The notes under the pieces are model-generated. The model was given only the letters and a program-made list of their open reading frames with translations, did not search any database and was not told the DNA's origin. From the human T2T-CHM13v2.0 reference genome, Homo sapiens: a DNA stretch of 64,000 bases. Shown in pieces: positions 53,150-64,000 of the stretch (its first letter is position 1; every line of letters starts with the position of its first letter). The translations under genes and the position numbers were made by a program. The stretch lies in NCBI RefSeq assembly GCF_009914755.1, contig NC_060943.1; one strand, 5' to 3'.

Positions 53150-55570
53150 GCGACGTTGCTCAGGCCTTCACAGACCCCCAAACTGGAACCGCCGGGACGA
53201 CGACTGCCAACTGGCCACACGACCCAGGCAGAGAGGCAGGGAGAAGCTGACCAGAAAAAGACTGACCAGAAGAAAGGCTGACATGCAAGAAACCCAGCAT
53301 GCGGCGTACAGGGCACATGTGTGCCAAGAGTGACGCACAGACAGATGGACAATGACAGAAAGAGAGAGCGAGGGAAAGAGCGAGAAGGGAGAGAGACGTA
53401 AGAGAGCGATAGAAGTGGGCAGACAGACACGTAGGCGCGCGCACACATACACACACACACACACACACGCCCGTAAGGCATAGAGACCTACAGCAGTTAA
53501 CAGCCACCTCCAGGCAGCCCCTGAAGCTGCCGGGTTCTGCTCTCCGTGACTACCACCCACCGGTGAGAGAGCAGCCCCAAGGGCACACAGGCAGACCTGT
53601 CCTCGACATCACAAGGGCACCACTTTTGGGGAGACTCACCGGCACACCGTCCGCGCACTCCTGAGGCTGGATTCCCGCGCTGCCTCCCCGGCGATCTGTC
53701 TGAGATTTCTTGCTGCTGTTGTTTTTTCCTGGTGGTGTACCTTCCGCGAATCCCGGGCTCCGGAGACCGCGGTGTTAACTTCCCTGGCCAGGACTGGTCT
53801 GAACCCCGACTCTGACGCACTATCCCACAGAGCTCCTACTTTCCCAGGTCTCAGGGACCCATCCCGGGGCAACTGTGGCGGTCCCTGTGACCAAAGCGGC
53901 GGCTCGGACCTCGCGCATGCGCACTGGCGAGGCCGACTCCCCCGCCCCCCTTGTTACTCCGGAGACTAAGGTCGCGGATCCTTTGCAAAATGGCGCCGAC
54001 GCTGCTGCTGCTGGGAGTGGGGTGTCGACGGCCGCAGCAGTGTTGGAGGTATCGTGTGGGGTGAGGAATGGGAGAGGTTCCTGTGGGAGACCCAGGGTCG
54101 GACCCATAGGATTCCCGTGTTCAAGACCTCCTTGATCTGTCTTCTGCTTCAATTCCCAGTGGCGGAGTAGCTTCAGGGCGCCGGCTGGCCTCTCCGGAGT
54201 CCTCTTCGGATCTGATTATGGATCCGACCCGGTGATCAGTAATGGCGTTACGATGTAGTGAGGTGGGAAAGGTCTCGCTGGGGCACAGAAAGATCCCATG
54301 GGCCCCAAGATGTGGTGTCTACTGAAATTACACCGACCAGTGAGTCCACTGGCTCCCTCTTTCTTTGGTGAAACCGTGGCCTGCTTTAATCTTTAAGGCC
54401 CAGGGGGTCCGGAATCCCTACACTGCTTTGCTTGACATGTGCAGAGAGAGACAGAGGCGAGTCCGAGGGGGAGCCAGTGGGACCACAGGTGGCACTGGTA
54501 TCCCCCAAGAGCAGATGGAGTGAGCTTGTGTCTCCGAGGCCGTATGGAGAGATGCTGAGACGGACAGTGGTGTCCCGGGATGCGCCCGCGGACCACTGGA
54601 GACCTCCTGCACAAAGCTGAGGAAAAGCCTAGCACACCGGAAAACCTGCGAGACAGGGCCTGTGCCCGAGTCCAAGCCACATTCAGGGACGCCTGCCAGA
54701 GGAGCCGAGAGGTTTCGACAAAATACACCTCACCTTCACGCCGCCACTGGGTAGGTACCACTGATGCTGCCTCTCCTGCACCCAGCAAAACCCTGTCCCT
54801 TTTGCTTCCTGACATCCGTGGCAGCCAGAAGATTCAGTGCCTCAAGGCACTTTCCCCAGGAGCAGAGGAGCCAGATGGCCTTGAAGAATCAGAGAGGAAA
54901 GGCAGGTGTGATACAACACCACATTTCCTAGAAGGTAAGAGGCCAGCCACCTTCGCCTCCTGCTCTTCCTATACCAGTCAGGCAGCCATCACTTGTGACA
55001 TGGATACCAAAGGAGCTTCCTTGTCCCAGGCAGGTATGGAAGCCCAGAGCTCCGGGCTTCCTGCCCAATCATCCAGAAATAAGTTTGGAGAGGGAAACAA
55101 TCATGAAACCCATCCTCACGAAGTTTCTCCCTGATGGACTGAGAAGTCTTCTTTGTTGAAGACATTCAGCCAAAGAAGCCTCTAGGCTTCTCAGAAACAG
55201 GGCAGACAGAGCAAGAGGGAGGACAGAGCAGAGGCCAGAGCCCAGGCTCCATACAGCACAATGCCACCACCTTGGGCATGTGTGGAGGAGTGCCAAACCG
55301 GTGATTTGGCCAAGAAGACCAGTATTCGAGTGCAGAGATGCTTGCTACATCTCCTACCTGGCGTTCTTTTCTTTCCTTGTTTCCAGCAGTGTCTAGATAT
55401 CTCAATGAGGGCATACGGCGAGAGGAGTGAGACCCATCTTCTTTGAGGTCGGTGGGCACCTCTCATGCAGGTGGATATTGAGCTTCTGTGAGAATTTTGT
55501 CCTTTGCTGGAGTGTGGTCGTCTTGATACTAGCAATGAGCCCGCTCACGATGGGGAGCCGATTTAATCCC
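53150..55570 (+). repeat. Diverged full-length SST1-like edge monomer
   Basis: Colinear with the array unit (gcagcccctgaagctgccgggttctgc, cgcgcatgcgcactggcgaggccgactcc, gaaaacctgcgagacagggcctgtg, caggtatggaagcccagagctcc), but with many substitutions and indels, including a short internal duplication at ~53248-53278. Confidence 0.9.
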
Positions 55571-56325
55571 CTGCGGGTCCGACGCAACTCCCCACGTTGT
55601 CCAGGCCGTCACGAACCCAAACTGGAACCACCGGGAAAACGAATGATAACCGGCCAGATGACCCAGGCAGAGACGCGGGGAGAGGCTCACCAGAAGAAAG
55701 GCCGTACAAGAAACTGCCCTTCAGCGCATATGCATCCAAACACACACGCACACGAGCACACACAGACGGAAACAGGTAGAGATTGATAGAGAAAGGAGAC
55801 AGAGAGAAACAAGAGAAAGAAAGAGACAGAACCCAGACATACTGCAGTGGCACAGTAACATTCATCCCCAGGCAGCCCCTGAAGCCTCCGGGTTCTGCTT
55901 TCCGCGACAACGACCCTGGGGTGAGAGAGCAGCCCTTGGGCATACAAGCAGACCTGTCCTCGAGATCGCAAAGGCACGACTTTTGGGGAAACTCACTGGC
56001 ACACCGTTCGCGCAGGCCTGAGCCTGGAATCCTGCGGTGCTTCCCAGGCGCTCCTCCTGAGGTTTCTTCCTCCTGGTCGACCCTCCGCGAATCCTGGCCT
56101 CCGGATACCATCCTGTCGACCCCGTGGCGAGGACTGGCCTTAGCCCGGAGTTCGACGTGCTGCCACAGAAGGCTCCTCCTTCGCGAAGCGTTCAAGGACT
56201 CATCTTCAGGCAGCGGTGGCGGTCTCTGTGACTTGAGCATCCGCTGATGATTCGCGCATGCGCTTTGGCAAGGCTGACTGCGCTCTACTCTGGGTCAGGC
56301 TGCAGCTCCTGAAAAAAAATTGCTG
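55571..56325 (+). repeat. More diverged partial SST1-like monomer, ending at the YY1-equivalent position
   Basis: ctgcgggtccgacgc, acccaggcagagacgcggggagaggct, ggcagcccctgaagc, gaccctccgcgaatcc, cgcgcatgcgc and gtcaggctgc occur in unit order. Confidence 0.85.
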
Positions 56326-56329
56326 GGGC

Positions 56330-56583
56330 TGTGTGTGTGAATGGGGGTGTGCATGTATGTCTTCGGACGAACGTCCCCTGTTCGCTGGAGGGCGGTTTCT
56401 TGCACGTCGTCCTTTTTGGTGAGCCTCTTTCTCGGTCTCTGCCTGGGTCGTGTAGCCGGTCGTGTGACCGGAACCGGCAGTCATTTTCCTGGCGGCTGCA
56501 CTTTTAGTTTCTGAAGGCCTTGGCGAGGTTTGGTGCTGTGTCAGACCCGCAGGCGTTCAAGTCACCTGCCCATTCTGAGTGGC
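56330..56583 (-). repeat. Inverted, diverged SST1 fragment
   Basis: The reverse complement reads cctgcgggtctgac...ggccttcaga...acacgacccaggcagagac...gacgtgcaagaaacc..ccctccagcg, homologous to unit-1 positions ~90-320. Confidence 0.8.
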
Positions 56584-56605
56584 AGAAATCCTAAAAATCC
56601 TCCAC

Positions 56606-56655
56606 CCAGGAGCAGAGGACCCGGATGTCTCTCAAGAATTAGAAAGGAAGTGCAG
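56606..56655 (+). repeat. Short forward SST1 fragment
   Basis: cccaggagcagaggacccggatgtctctcaagaattagaaaggaagtgcag matches unit-1 ~1904-1954 (cccaggagcggaggaaccggttggccctcaagaatcagagaggaagtgcag). Confidence 0.7.
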
Positions 56656-56659
56656 ATTA

Positions 56660-57101
56660 TTGCAAAGCACATGGTAGCTAACACTGGATAAATGAGATGA
56701 ACATTGGTTTGCTAATTACCCATATTTACGCCCCAGGGAAGGAGGGCCCAGCACACCATATGGGATACCGTGTTGCACTTAGGAACAGAGTAATCAGGTG
56801 GAGGCTATACCAGGAGGCTTTGTAGTAGCAAGAGTATGGGAGGTAACCCCTGGTTCTTGAAGGAGGGTGTGATTGGCCTGTTTGAATAATTCTGCAGGCT
56901 GGCTGGAACCTGACGCCCGCTACTATGCAGTAAGCAGGTAATGTGCCGGTCCTCTGAGGGAAGTGATTCGGCTAGGGCACCTTATTCAAAGGAGTACAAC
57001 AGGGCAAGGAATTTGCAGTTAATCCATTCAGGCCTCCTTGTTTTCCCCCCAATGTCAGGGCACATATAATATTGAGCCTTAATCTTAGGTCTTATACCAC
57101 A
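56660..57101 (-). mobile_element. ERVL-type LTR, MER76-like
   Basis: The minus strand begins TGTGGTATAAGACCTAAGATTAAGGCTCAATATTAT...CTGACATT, resembling the recalled MER76 5' end; it also contains gattggcctgtttgaataatt. Left boundary approximate. Confidence 0.55.
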
Positions 57102-57160
57102 CTTGACCCCTTGATGTCTTGACATCTCTTGGCGATACTGATACTTCTAGAGTGTAGAAC

Positions 57161-57625
57161 TGTTACTGGATGGAAGGTCTTGACTGTAAGTTGTCCACGT
57201 TTCTGGCTTGTTGAAGAAAGCATTAAACAAACTACACGAAGCAACAAAAGAACGAAGCCACGAAAGAAGAAAGAAGCAACAAAACCGCAGATTTATTTAA
57301 GCGAAAGTCCACTCTACAGAGCCAGAGCCGGCTAGAGCAAGCGGCCGAAGAGCCCAGATTACAATGTTCTTTAGAGTTTTTATTAAGCCAAAGAATTTGA
57401 TAACACCAATAAGTGCCCTTTCGAGGCCTCCAATTGGTTACACACTGTGAAGGATTGGCCCATGGCTGAACTCAGAGGCTGAACTGGAGACTTCTGTGTT
57501 GTTGTCACAGGAGTGAGGATGTGGCCTGTGTGCTGCTTAACCTGGCCTAGAACTTGCTGCACCTGCTGTTCTTTTGCTTCCACCTTAACCCTTAGTTTAT
57601 GCTAATTTTCTATTCTCCTGCCTCA
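57161..57625 (-). mobile_element. Solo ERV1 LTR, MER51-family-like
   Basis: TG...CA termini (tgttactgg...ctcctgcctca). The minus strand starts TGAGGCAGGAGAATAG and has AATAAA (tttatt at ~57292). Flanks gaac/gaag are a near 4-bp TSD. Confidence 0.7.
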
Positions 57626-57771
57626 GAAGTGCCTCCTTAGGAGGCCAAGCAGGCTCTTACCTGCTTCAGGTGAGCAGGTAACCAGGAGGGAGCGGACCAC
57701 AGTTGCTATCATGTCTATGATTAGTGTTTGGAAACCTGTGCAGAGCCTTTGGCTCCACTTGGATGGGATAG

Positions 57772-58194
<423 letters not shown>

Positions 58195-58230
58195 AAAAAT
58201 TTTTTTAATAAAATAAAATATGTGAGTATT

Positions 58231-58356
58231 GGCCAGGTGCAGTGGCTTATGTCTGTAATCCCAGCATTTTGGGAGGCTGAGATAGGAGGATCACTTGAGG
58301 CCAGGAGTTCAAGACCAGCCTGGACAACACAGCAAGACCCCACCTCTAAAGAAAAA

Positions 58357-58358
<2 letters not shown>
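58231..58358 (+). mobile_element. Alu left monomer (FLAM_C/AluJ-like)
   Basis: ggccaggtgcagtggcttatgtctgtaatcccagc...ggatcacttgaggccaggagttcaagaccagcctgg...tctaaagaaaaaaa. Confidence 0.9.

Positions 58359-58390
<32 letters not shown>
58359..58390. repeat. (GT)n microsatellite
   Basis: Perfect gt run directly after the Alu monomer tail. Confidence 0.95.
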
Positions 58391-58395
<5 letters not shown>

Positions 58396-58424
58396 GACAT
58401 AAACAAGTGTGGGTATATCAATCA

Positions 58425-58991
58425 TTGTTCACCAGTTACTGATGCTGTATAACACACCACTCCAAACTTAGTAGTATAAGACAACCATTTTACTGTGCTC
58501 ACTGATTCTGTGGGTTAGGCATTTAGAGAGCTCACAGAAGAGATGGTGTGCCTCTGCTCCTGATGTCTCTGGCCTCAACCAGGAGGATTCAAAAGCTGGG
58601 AATAACCTGATGCCTGAGGGCTGCAAACCTATGAAGCCTGCTTTGCACACATGTCTGGCACATGCAGTGGGAGGACTCAAAGACTCAGACTAGTAGCCTC
58701 CCCACATGACTTGGCTTCCTCATAGCATGGCAGCTCACAGCACTTGGAACTTCTTACATGATAGCTCGAGACTTCAAACACAGGAGTTTCAGCTAATGAG
58801 GTGAAGGCCACAGTGCCTCTTATGACTCAGCCTTGGGAGTCACACAGCATTGGTTACAAACAATAAACAAATCCAGATTCACGGGCAGAGGAGTTAGACT
58901 CCACCCTTAAAGTGGGAATTGCAAGATTCTAGAACAACATATGAGACAAGCCTATTGTTGCAACCATCTTTGGAGAATACAATCTGCAGCA
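58425..58991 (-). mobile_element. MaLR LTR, MLT1 (F/G/H-like)
   Basis: MLT1-type motifs: ccaaacttagt...gattctgtgggt...cagcatggcagct...ttatgactcagccttgggagtcacacagcat...agactccacc...ccatctttgg. Confidence 0.7.
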
Positions 58992-59435
58992 ATCACCTTT
59001 GGAGACTAGGAAACCAATGCAGTATTCTGAAACTCGTAATTCTGAAAACTAATGAATATGAATGGAAAGAATCAAGCATTTATCCTCCCTTTCCTACACA
59101 TGCTATCCCTCTAAGTAATCAGATAGTTGATGTGTGGGGATTTTATTTTTATAAAAGGATTCCTGTAATGGAAATTTCAGTAATGGAAATAAAAGGATTC
59201 CAGTAATGGCTGAAAGAGAGACACAATAAGAAAGTGATCATTTTGCAGCTCCTAACAACAACGAATCTAGGCAATGATCATGAATGAATGCATGACATTA
59301 TGCAAAAGGCAATCACTTTACAATGGATAAATCACATTGATGACACTTAAGCCCACTACCAAATCTAATCACAAAAACAGTGACAAGCAGACCTTGCCAA
59401 AATAATTGAACTTGAATTTGACCAAGCTTCTAGAG

Positions 59436-59686
59436 CAGAATTTCTCAACTCTGACACTATTTACACTTTGGACCAGATGATTCTTTGGGATTGGAGAAGG
59501 CTGTCCTGTAAGGTGTATGGGATGTTTAGCAGCATCCTGGCCTCTAGCCAATAGGTGGCAGCAATACCATCCTTCCTTGCAGTTGTGACGACCAAAAATA
59601 TCTCCAAACATTGCCGAATGTCTTCTAGAGGTAAAAATAAAAACAAACAAACAAAAAACAAAACCACAACTGGTTGAGAACCACTG
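59436..59686 (-). mobile_element. MER20 (hAT-Charlie DNA transposon MITE)
   Basis: Terminal inverted repeats cagaatttctcaac / gttgagaaccactg and internal ggatgtttagcagcatcctggcctcta. Both flanks contain tctag (degenerate 8-bp TSD). Confidence 0.85.
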
Positions 59687-59866
59687 CTCTAGTTAATGAC
59701 CAGATATTTTAGAGAAAATATACAGCATCTAATTTGTTAATCAGTACCATGGGGGTGTACTCAAAGGCAGTATGTGGGAACTCTATATGATCTAGTGTTT
59801 GATTTCTCCAAAATATAAATAGCAAGAAAAAAGGGAAGTCAATAGATTAAAAGACATATAAGAGCC

Positions 59867-59940
59867 GGCTGGGCGCAGTGGCTCAAGCTTTTAATGCCAG
59901 CACTTTGGAGGCCGCGGCGGGCAGATCATCTGAGGTCAGG
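59867..59940 (+). mobile_element. 3'-truncated Alu (5' ~75 bp only)
   Basis: ggctgggcgcagtggctca...cagcactttggaggcc...gggcagatcatctgaggtcagg, followed by an abrupt end. Confidence 0.9.
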
Positions 59941-60399
59941 AAAAGTTCTTAAAAGAACTATAAGAAAAAGAGTTTTAAGAAAAGTTCTTAAAAGAACTAT
60001 ATTTCATACTGAAATATTTATAGATGAAATGTCTAGAATTTTCTCTAAAATAATTGAGTGTAAATGGAGATGAAGCAAAACTGGCCATGTGTTACTTGTT
60101 AAGGCTGGGTTCACTGTACTAGGCTCTCTGCACATATAATGCTGGAAGTATCCATAATAAAGAGCTTGAATTTAAAAAAAAATTACCTCCTTCCAAGTAC
60201 TACTCAAATCAGCAAGCACTAATTTGGAAGGACATCCATAAGGTCTTCCCTAGAAACACAAGCTAAAAAAAAATTACATATAATTCTAGTAAAGGCAAAA
60301 GGGAACAAAAGTCACTCAGTATATGTGTGTGTGCATGTCTGAGCAAGGAGAGAGGTAAAGGAAACTTACCAGACTTTTAAAATGGATAACCTTGGGGAG

Positions 60400-60920
60400 T
60401 TGAGAATATAAAATAACAAGAAATATACATATATTTGTCTCTGCCCCTAGCTCCTGGTCTAGAGCTCCTTAAAACCCTTGGGTACTAGGAGGATCATCTG
60501 TTCTAATATCTGGTCTTTGACCCTAGTTCCTGACAGAGTTCTCAAATCCCTTGGGATTTCCTGGCTGATAGGAACATCTTATGTTCTAATGAGGGGACTT
60601 CTTGGTGGGCTCCTGGATGGCCAAGGGATGTGATATGAGGGTTGGAATTTTCAGCCCCACCCCTTGACCTCCGGGGAGGGGACAGCAGCTTAAGGTTGAG
60701 TTGACTGACAATGGCCAATGATGTCATCAATCATCCCTATGTAATGAAGCCTCCATGAAAATCCAAAAGGACTGGGTTCAGAGAGCTTCCAGATTGCTGA
60801 ACACGTGGGGGTTCCTGGAGGATGATGTGCTGGGGAGAGAGCATTGAAGCCCAATGCCACTTCCCACATATTTTGCCCTAGGTATTTCTTCATCGAAAAC
60901 CTTTGTAATATCCTTTTTAT
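60400..60920 (+). mobile_element. MER21-like LTR
   Basis: aaaacccttgg...tgttctaatgag...ggtgggctcctgga...ttcagcccca...caatggccaatga...tatgtaatgaagcctcca...gagagcttccagattgctgaacac. Confidence 0.7.
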
Positions 60921-61384
60921 TGCAAAAAAAGGATGCAATATCCTTTTTATTACTCTGTTACACCGGGTCCTCTTTTGGACTCCTCTGGCTGGAAGGAAAG
61001 CGTTTCTCTCATAATTTTTGCTCCCTGAACCTATCACACAGCTCTGAGACTTCCTTCCTTCCAAAGCCAGAAGATAAAGGGGGAAAATACCCCAGCAAAC
61101 CTGTGGTCATCACGTCCATTCTTCACGTTTTTAACTCCCTTCACATCTGCCTGCTATTATTTGTATTTCTGAGTCTTCAGGTGGTTTCTTTTTGTATTCA
61201 CTCTGGGGTGTTAAGTAGAAATCGGTGAGAGAGATGCTGAAATGTGCTTATCTCATCTTGGCCAGTAATAGAAGTCTGCCTTGTATATGTTATTGTATGT
61301 ATGTGTATATATTAAGTTGTATATACACATATTAAATATATATACATATGTTATATTTATATACCCATACATTTGTTTCCTCAT

Positions 61385-61560
61385 GCAATTTGTCCCAGCA
61401 GAAGTAAAAACTCATAAAGATATAAGTAAAAGAATATTTACAGAAGCATTATTTTTGGTGGCAAAAGTACTTTAATATCCTAAATGCTCGTATAATGGAA
61501 GATAATTTAACTCTTACAAAGAATGAGTTAGCTCTTTATCTACTATAAAGGTATCCTAAT
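61385..61560 (+). mobile_element. Degenerate L1 (L1ME-like) fragment, preceded by a TA-rich low-complexity tract (61283-61370)
   Basis: aagaatatttacagaagcattattt...gcaaaa...aaagaatgagttagctct. Confidence 0.4.
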
Positions 61561-61584
61561 ATCTTTATCCCTGAACTGATAACT

Positions 61585-61659
61585 GTGGCAGAGATCGCGC
61601 CACTGCACTCAAGCCTGGGTGACAGAGCGAGACTCCCTCTAAAAAACAAACAAAAAAAA
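61585..61659 (+). mobile_element. 5'-truncated Alu (3' end and A tail)
   Basis: gagatcgcgccactgcactcaagcctgggtgacagagcgagactccctctaaaaaacaaacaaaaaaaa. Confidence 0.9.
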
Positions 61660-62179
61660 TAGTTTGTGGGACCAATTCCAATCCAGTCCAGGGGAGCACA
61701 CACTGGCGACCAACATCCCCCATCAGGCCCCTTCTGGGTCGAGAGAATGCGCCTGGAACAGACTGGGAAACTCCAGCAGGCAAAGTAAGGTGCCAGGAAT
61801 AAAGACACTGCCTGACACATTCTCCATGTTCCCTACACCTACTCCTCTCCCCACCACGCTTCCATCCAGCTCCAATTTTGCCCTTTCCCCAGTAGCCTCA
61901 GATTGAAACCTTGCAAGGAAGAAGCCGATTCTCAAAGTCACAGGCTTAGGAATCCGAGCAACAAAGAAAAATGAGCCCCTGCTCCCCCAACTCCCCCCTA
62001 CTCCCCTCAGCACTGCTGCCCTGCACCTGCCCCCTCCTCCATAATTTGAACTGTCCTCCCAGAAGCTGGAGAGACGGCCCGCCTGTCAGGAAAGAAAGGA
62101 CCAGCATGCGGCAAATGCCTGGGGTATGTAGGAGCAGACGGCGAGATTAGCGCAGGGATGTAAGAAACAAGACCAAAGA

Positions 62180-62640
62180 AGACTCCGCGGCAGACGGCAC
62201 ACTAGGCCTTCATAGGGGCGTGCGCTGGACAGGACCTCGCCAGTTACCGAAAGAATTGTCTGAGAAAGGCTCTGATCTGACCCGAAAGGCCCTTGGTTCC
62301 CACGGCAACGCCTCAGCGTCTGGCAGTAACAGGCTCTGTGCCCGGGCTCTCTGGATCTGCAGGTCCCGCCTCCGCCAGCCTCTCACAGCCCGGAGGCACC
62401 TCCCATTGGCGCCTGACGGGTTGGTTAGGGCGGCTTTTCTTCCGGCTGTGACAAATCCAGCCTGAGGAGCGCTCCTGTGTCTTTCTTAGTTGTTTCTTCC
62501 CGCCCACCTGCCCCTCAAAGCCACAACCCACTTGCACACCACCGTGTGGACACCTAAAAGCGACCGTCTAGATCTGAACCGCGCTGAGGGAATGGTCAGC
62601 TTCTCTCCCATTAGATGGCTTGGCCCAAAGGACCTAGCGA
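62180..62640. promoter_or_regulatory. CpG-enriched promoter-like region
   Basis: RFX X-box GTTCCCACGGCAAC (62296-62309), GC boxes (cccgcctcc ~62365; gggcgg 62428-62433), reverse CCAAT (62405-62409) and ETS cttccgg (62439-62445). A candidate donor CAG|GTAAAG lies at 62836/62837. Confidence 0.5.
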
Positions 62641-62738
62641 CTGCCCAGACAAAAATTTCTTCTGACATGCTGCATGTGTCTGTGGTCTCTAAGAGTCAAA
62701 ACCAAAGCCAAAAGAAAAAGACAACCCCGCCCCCCGCG

Positions 62739-62739
<1 letters not shown>

Positions 62740-62771
<32 letters not shown>
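62740..62771. repeat. (AAC)n trinucleotide repeat
   Basis: About 10 perfect aac repeats. Confidence 0.95.
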
Positions 62772-63268
62772 ACACCACCACCAACCCACCTTTCACGAGA
62801 GGAGTCCTTGAGAAGAGCCTCTCCAGCCAGAACCAGGTAAAGGAATCTGTGCACTTGGCGGGACCCAGAACACACAGTGGCAGGGACTTGACAGCCACAC
62901 TCTTACCCCATAGAATCTCCACCACTGACACACAGATCAGGATGTGTCACCCTGAGAGATGACACCACAGTTCTGGGCTTTCACAGATTGATTCCACACT
63001 CTCTCACTGATTCCACACACATCCCATTACTCACACCAGATTCCCTCATCACTGACCCTACATACCTACAATCATTGATTCCATGGACCTCATCACTATC
63101 CCAAAGACCACCTATCACTAATCTACAGACCCTCCCCTGTCACCCCAGGGACCTCAGATTTCCCATCCCCGATTCCAGGATGTATAGAACCTCATCTCTT
63201 ACCCCCACAGACCTATTGATAAGAGAATACACTCATGGGAGACTGTGTTGACCATTTTACACATCCAT

Positions 63269-63295
63269 TGTGTGTGTGTGTGTGTGTGTGTGTGT
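63269..63295. repeat. (TG)n microsatellite
   Basis: Perfect tg run. Confidence 0.95.
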
Positions 63296-63649
63296 TGATT
63301 AATGGACTTAGGTAAACTTTAGCATTTTGGTAGGCAATGCAGTTTTTCAATGCCTTTTCATTTTCTTTCTTTTTCTTGTACATCTTTAAAGGCCTTACTC
63401 CAGGCAGTGTGAATTGCAATTTATTAATGCCTATCCCTTATTGAGTCCTTGTCATACATATTTGTTATTGATCATAATTCACAATTCTTATAACTCAGAG
63501 ACACCAAAGACTCGCATAAAAAGAATGGATGTGGGTTTTTATTTATTTATTTATTTATTTTGGTTTCTGTAGATTACAAAAGTCATTCATTTATATCAAG
63601 TCACGAAGTGTATGCTTTGTTTTCTAAAAAAAATTCTAATTAAAAAAAA

Positions 63650-63941
63650 TTTTTTTTAGACATGGTCTCCCTCTTTCACCCACGATGGAGTGCCGTGGTA
63701 TAATCATGGCCACCACAGCCTCGACCTCTTGGGCTCAAGAGATCCTCCCACGTTAACCTACCTAGTAGCTGAGACCACAGGCATGCACCAATACGCCCAC
63801 CTAATTATTATTATTTTTTTTATAGATATGTGGGTCTCACTATGTTGCAGAGACAGGTCTCAAACTCCTGGGCTCAAATGATACTCCCACCTTGGCCTCC
63901 CAAAGTGTTGAGATTACAGGTGTGAGCCACTGCACCCAGCT
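63650..63941 (-). mobile_element. Full-length old Alu (AluJ-like)
   Basis: ttttttttagacatggtctc...cagcctcgacctcttgggctcaag...gtctcactatgttg...ctcctgggctcaa...cctcccaaagtgttgagattacaggtgtgagccactgcacccagc. Confidence 0.93.
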
Positions 63942-64000
63942 GATAAAATCTTAAAAAGAGTAAAATACTTTGGCATCTAATGGAAAATTTCCACTGAGAT

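Larger units (their letters stand above)
59005..60165 (+). mobile_element. Old L1 (L1MC-like) 3' end, interrupted by MER20 and an Alu fragment
   Basis: aatcaagcatttatcct...tagttgatg, then catactgaaatatttatagatgaaatg...tggccatg...cataataaa. Subfamily is tentative. Confidence 0.5.

Noticed and set aside
59867-61659. The 5' Alu piece (59867) and 3' Alu piece (61585) as one split element
   Set aside because: The sequence between them consists of older elements (L1M, MER21) that could not have inserted into a younger Alu, and no shared TSD is visible.
62490-62840. Poly-Gln ORF (116 aa)
   Set aside because: Non-ATG start, the Q run is just the (AAC)n microsatellite, and no homology is recognisable.

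Overview
Primate (human-like) genomic DNA with no credible protein-coding gene. Bases 1 to ~53,149 are a homogeneous head-to-tail tandem array of ~21 GC/CpG-rich units of 2,515-2,532 bp, each with a single SstI/SacI site (GAGCTC). This fits the SST1/MER22 macrosatellite family; the 2.5-kb class is known from chr19q13 and chr4q, but the locus assignment is inference. The array is built from two monomer variants that mostly alternate as a ~5.05-kb dimer. It also contains chimeric monomers, local monomer and dimer duplications, and a ~10-kb block repeated at a 40,386-bp offset. Every unit carries a Pol II promoter-like cassette (perfect NRF1 palindrome plus YY1 motif). The YY1 ATG opens a 44-46 aa Arg-rich smORF. 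In 12 of 22 homologous positions there is a Pol III A-box/B-box pair with tRNA-like spacing and stem-loops. The array ends abruptly in one and a third diverged monomers plus an inverted fragment (~53.15-56.65 kb). The remainder is ordinary TE-rich flank (MER76-like and MER51-like LTRs, Alus, MLT1, MER20, L1M, MER21) with a CpG-rich promoter-like region carrying an RFX X-box at ~62.2-62.8 kb. The long ORFs in the ORF track are artefacts of GC-rich repeats.
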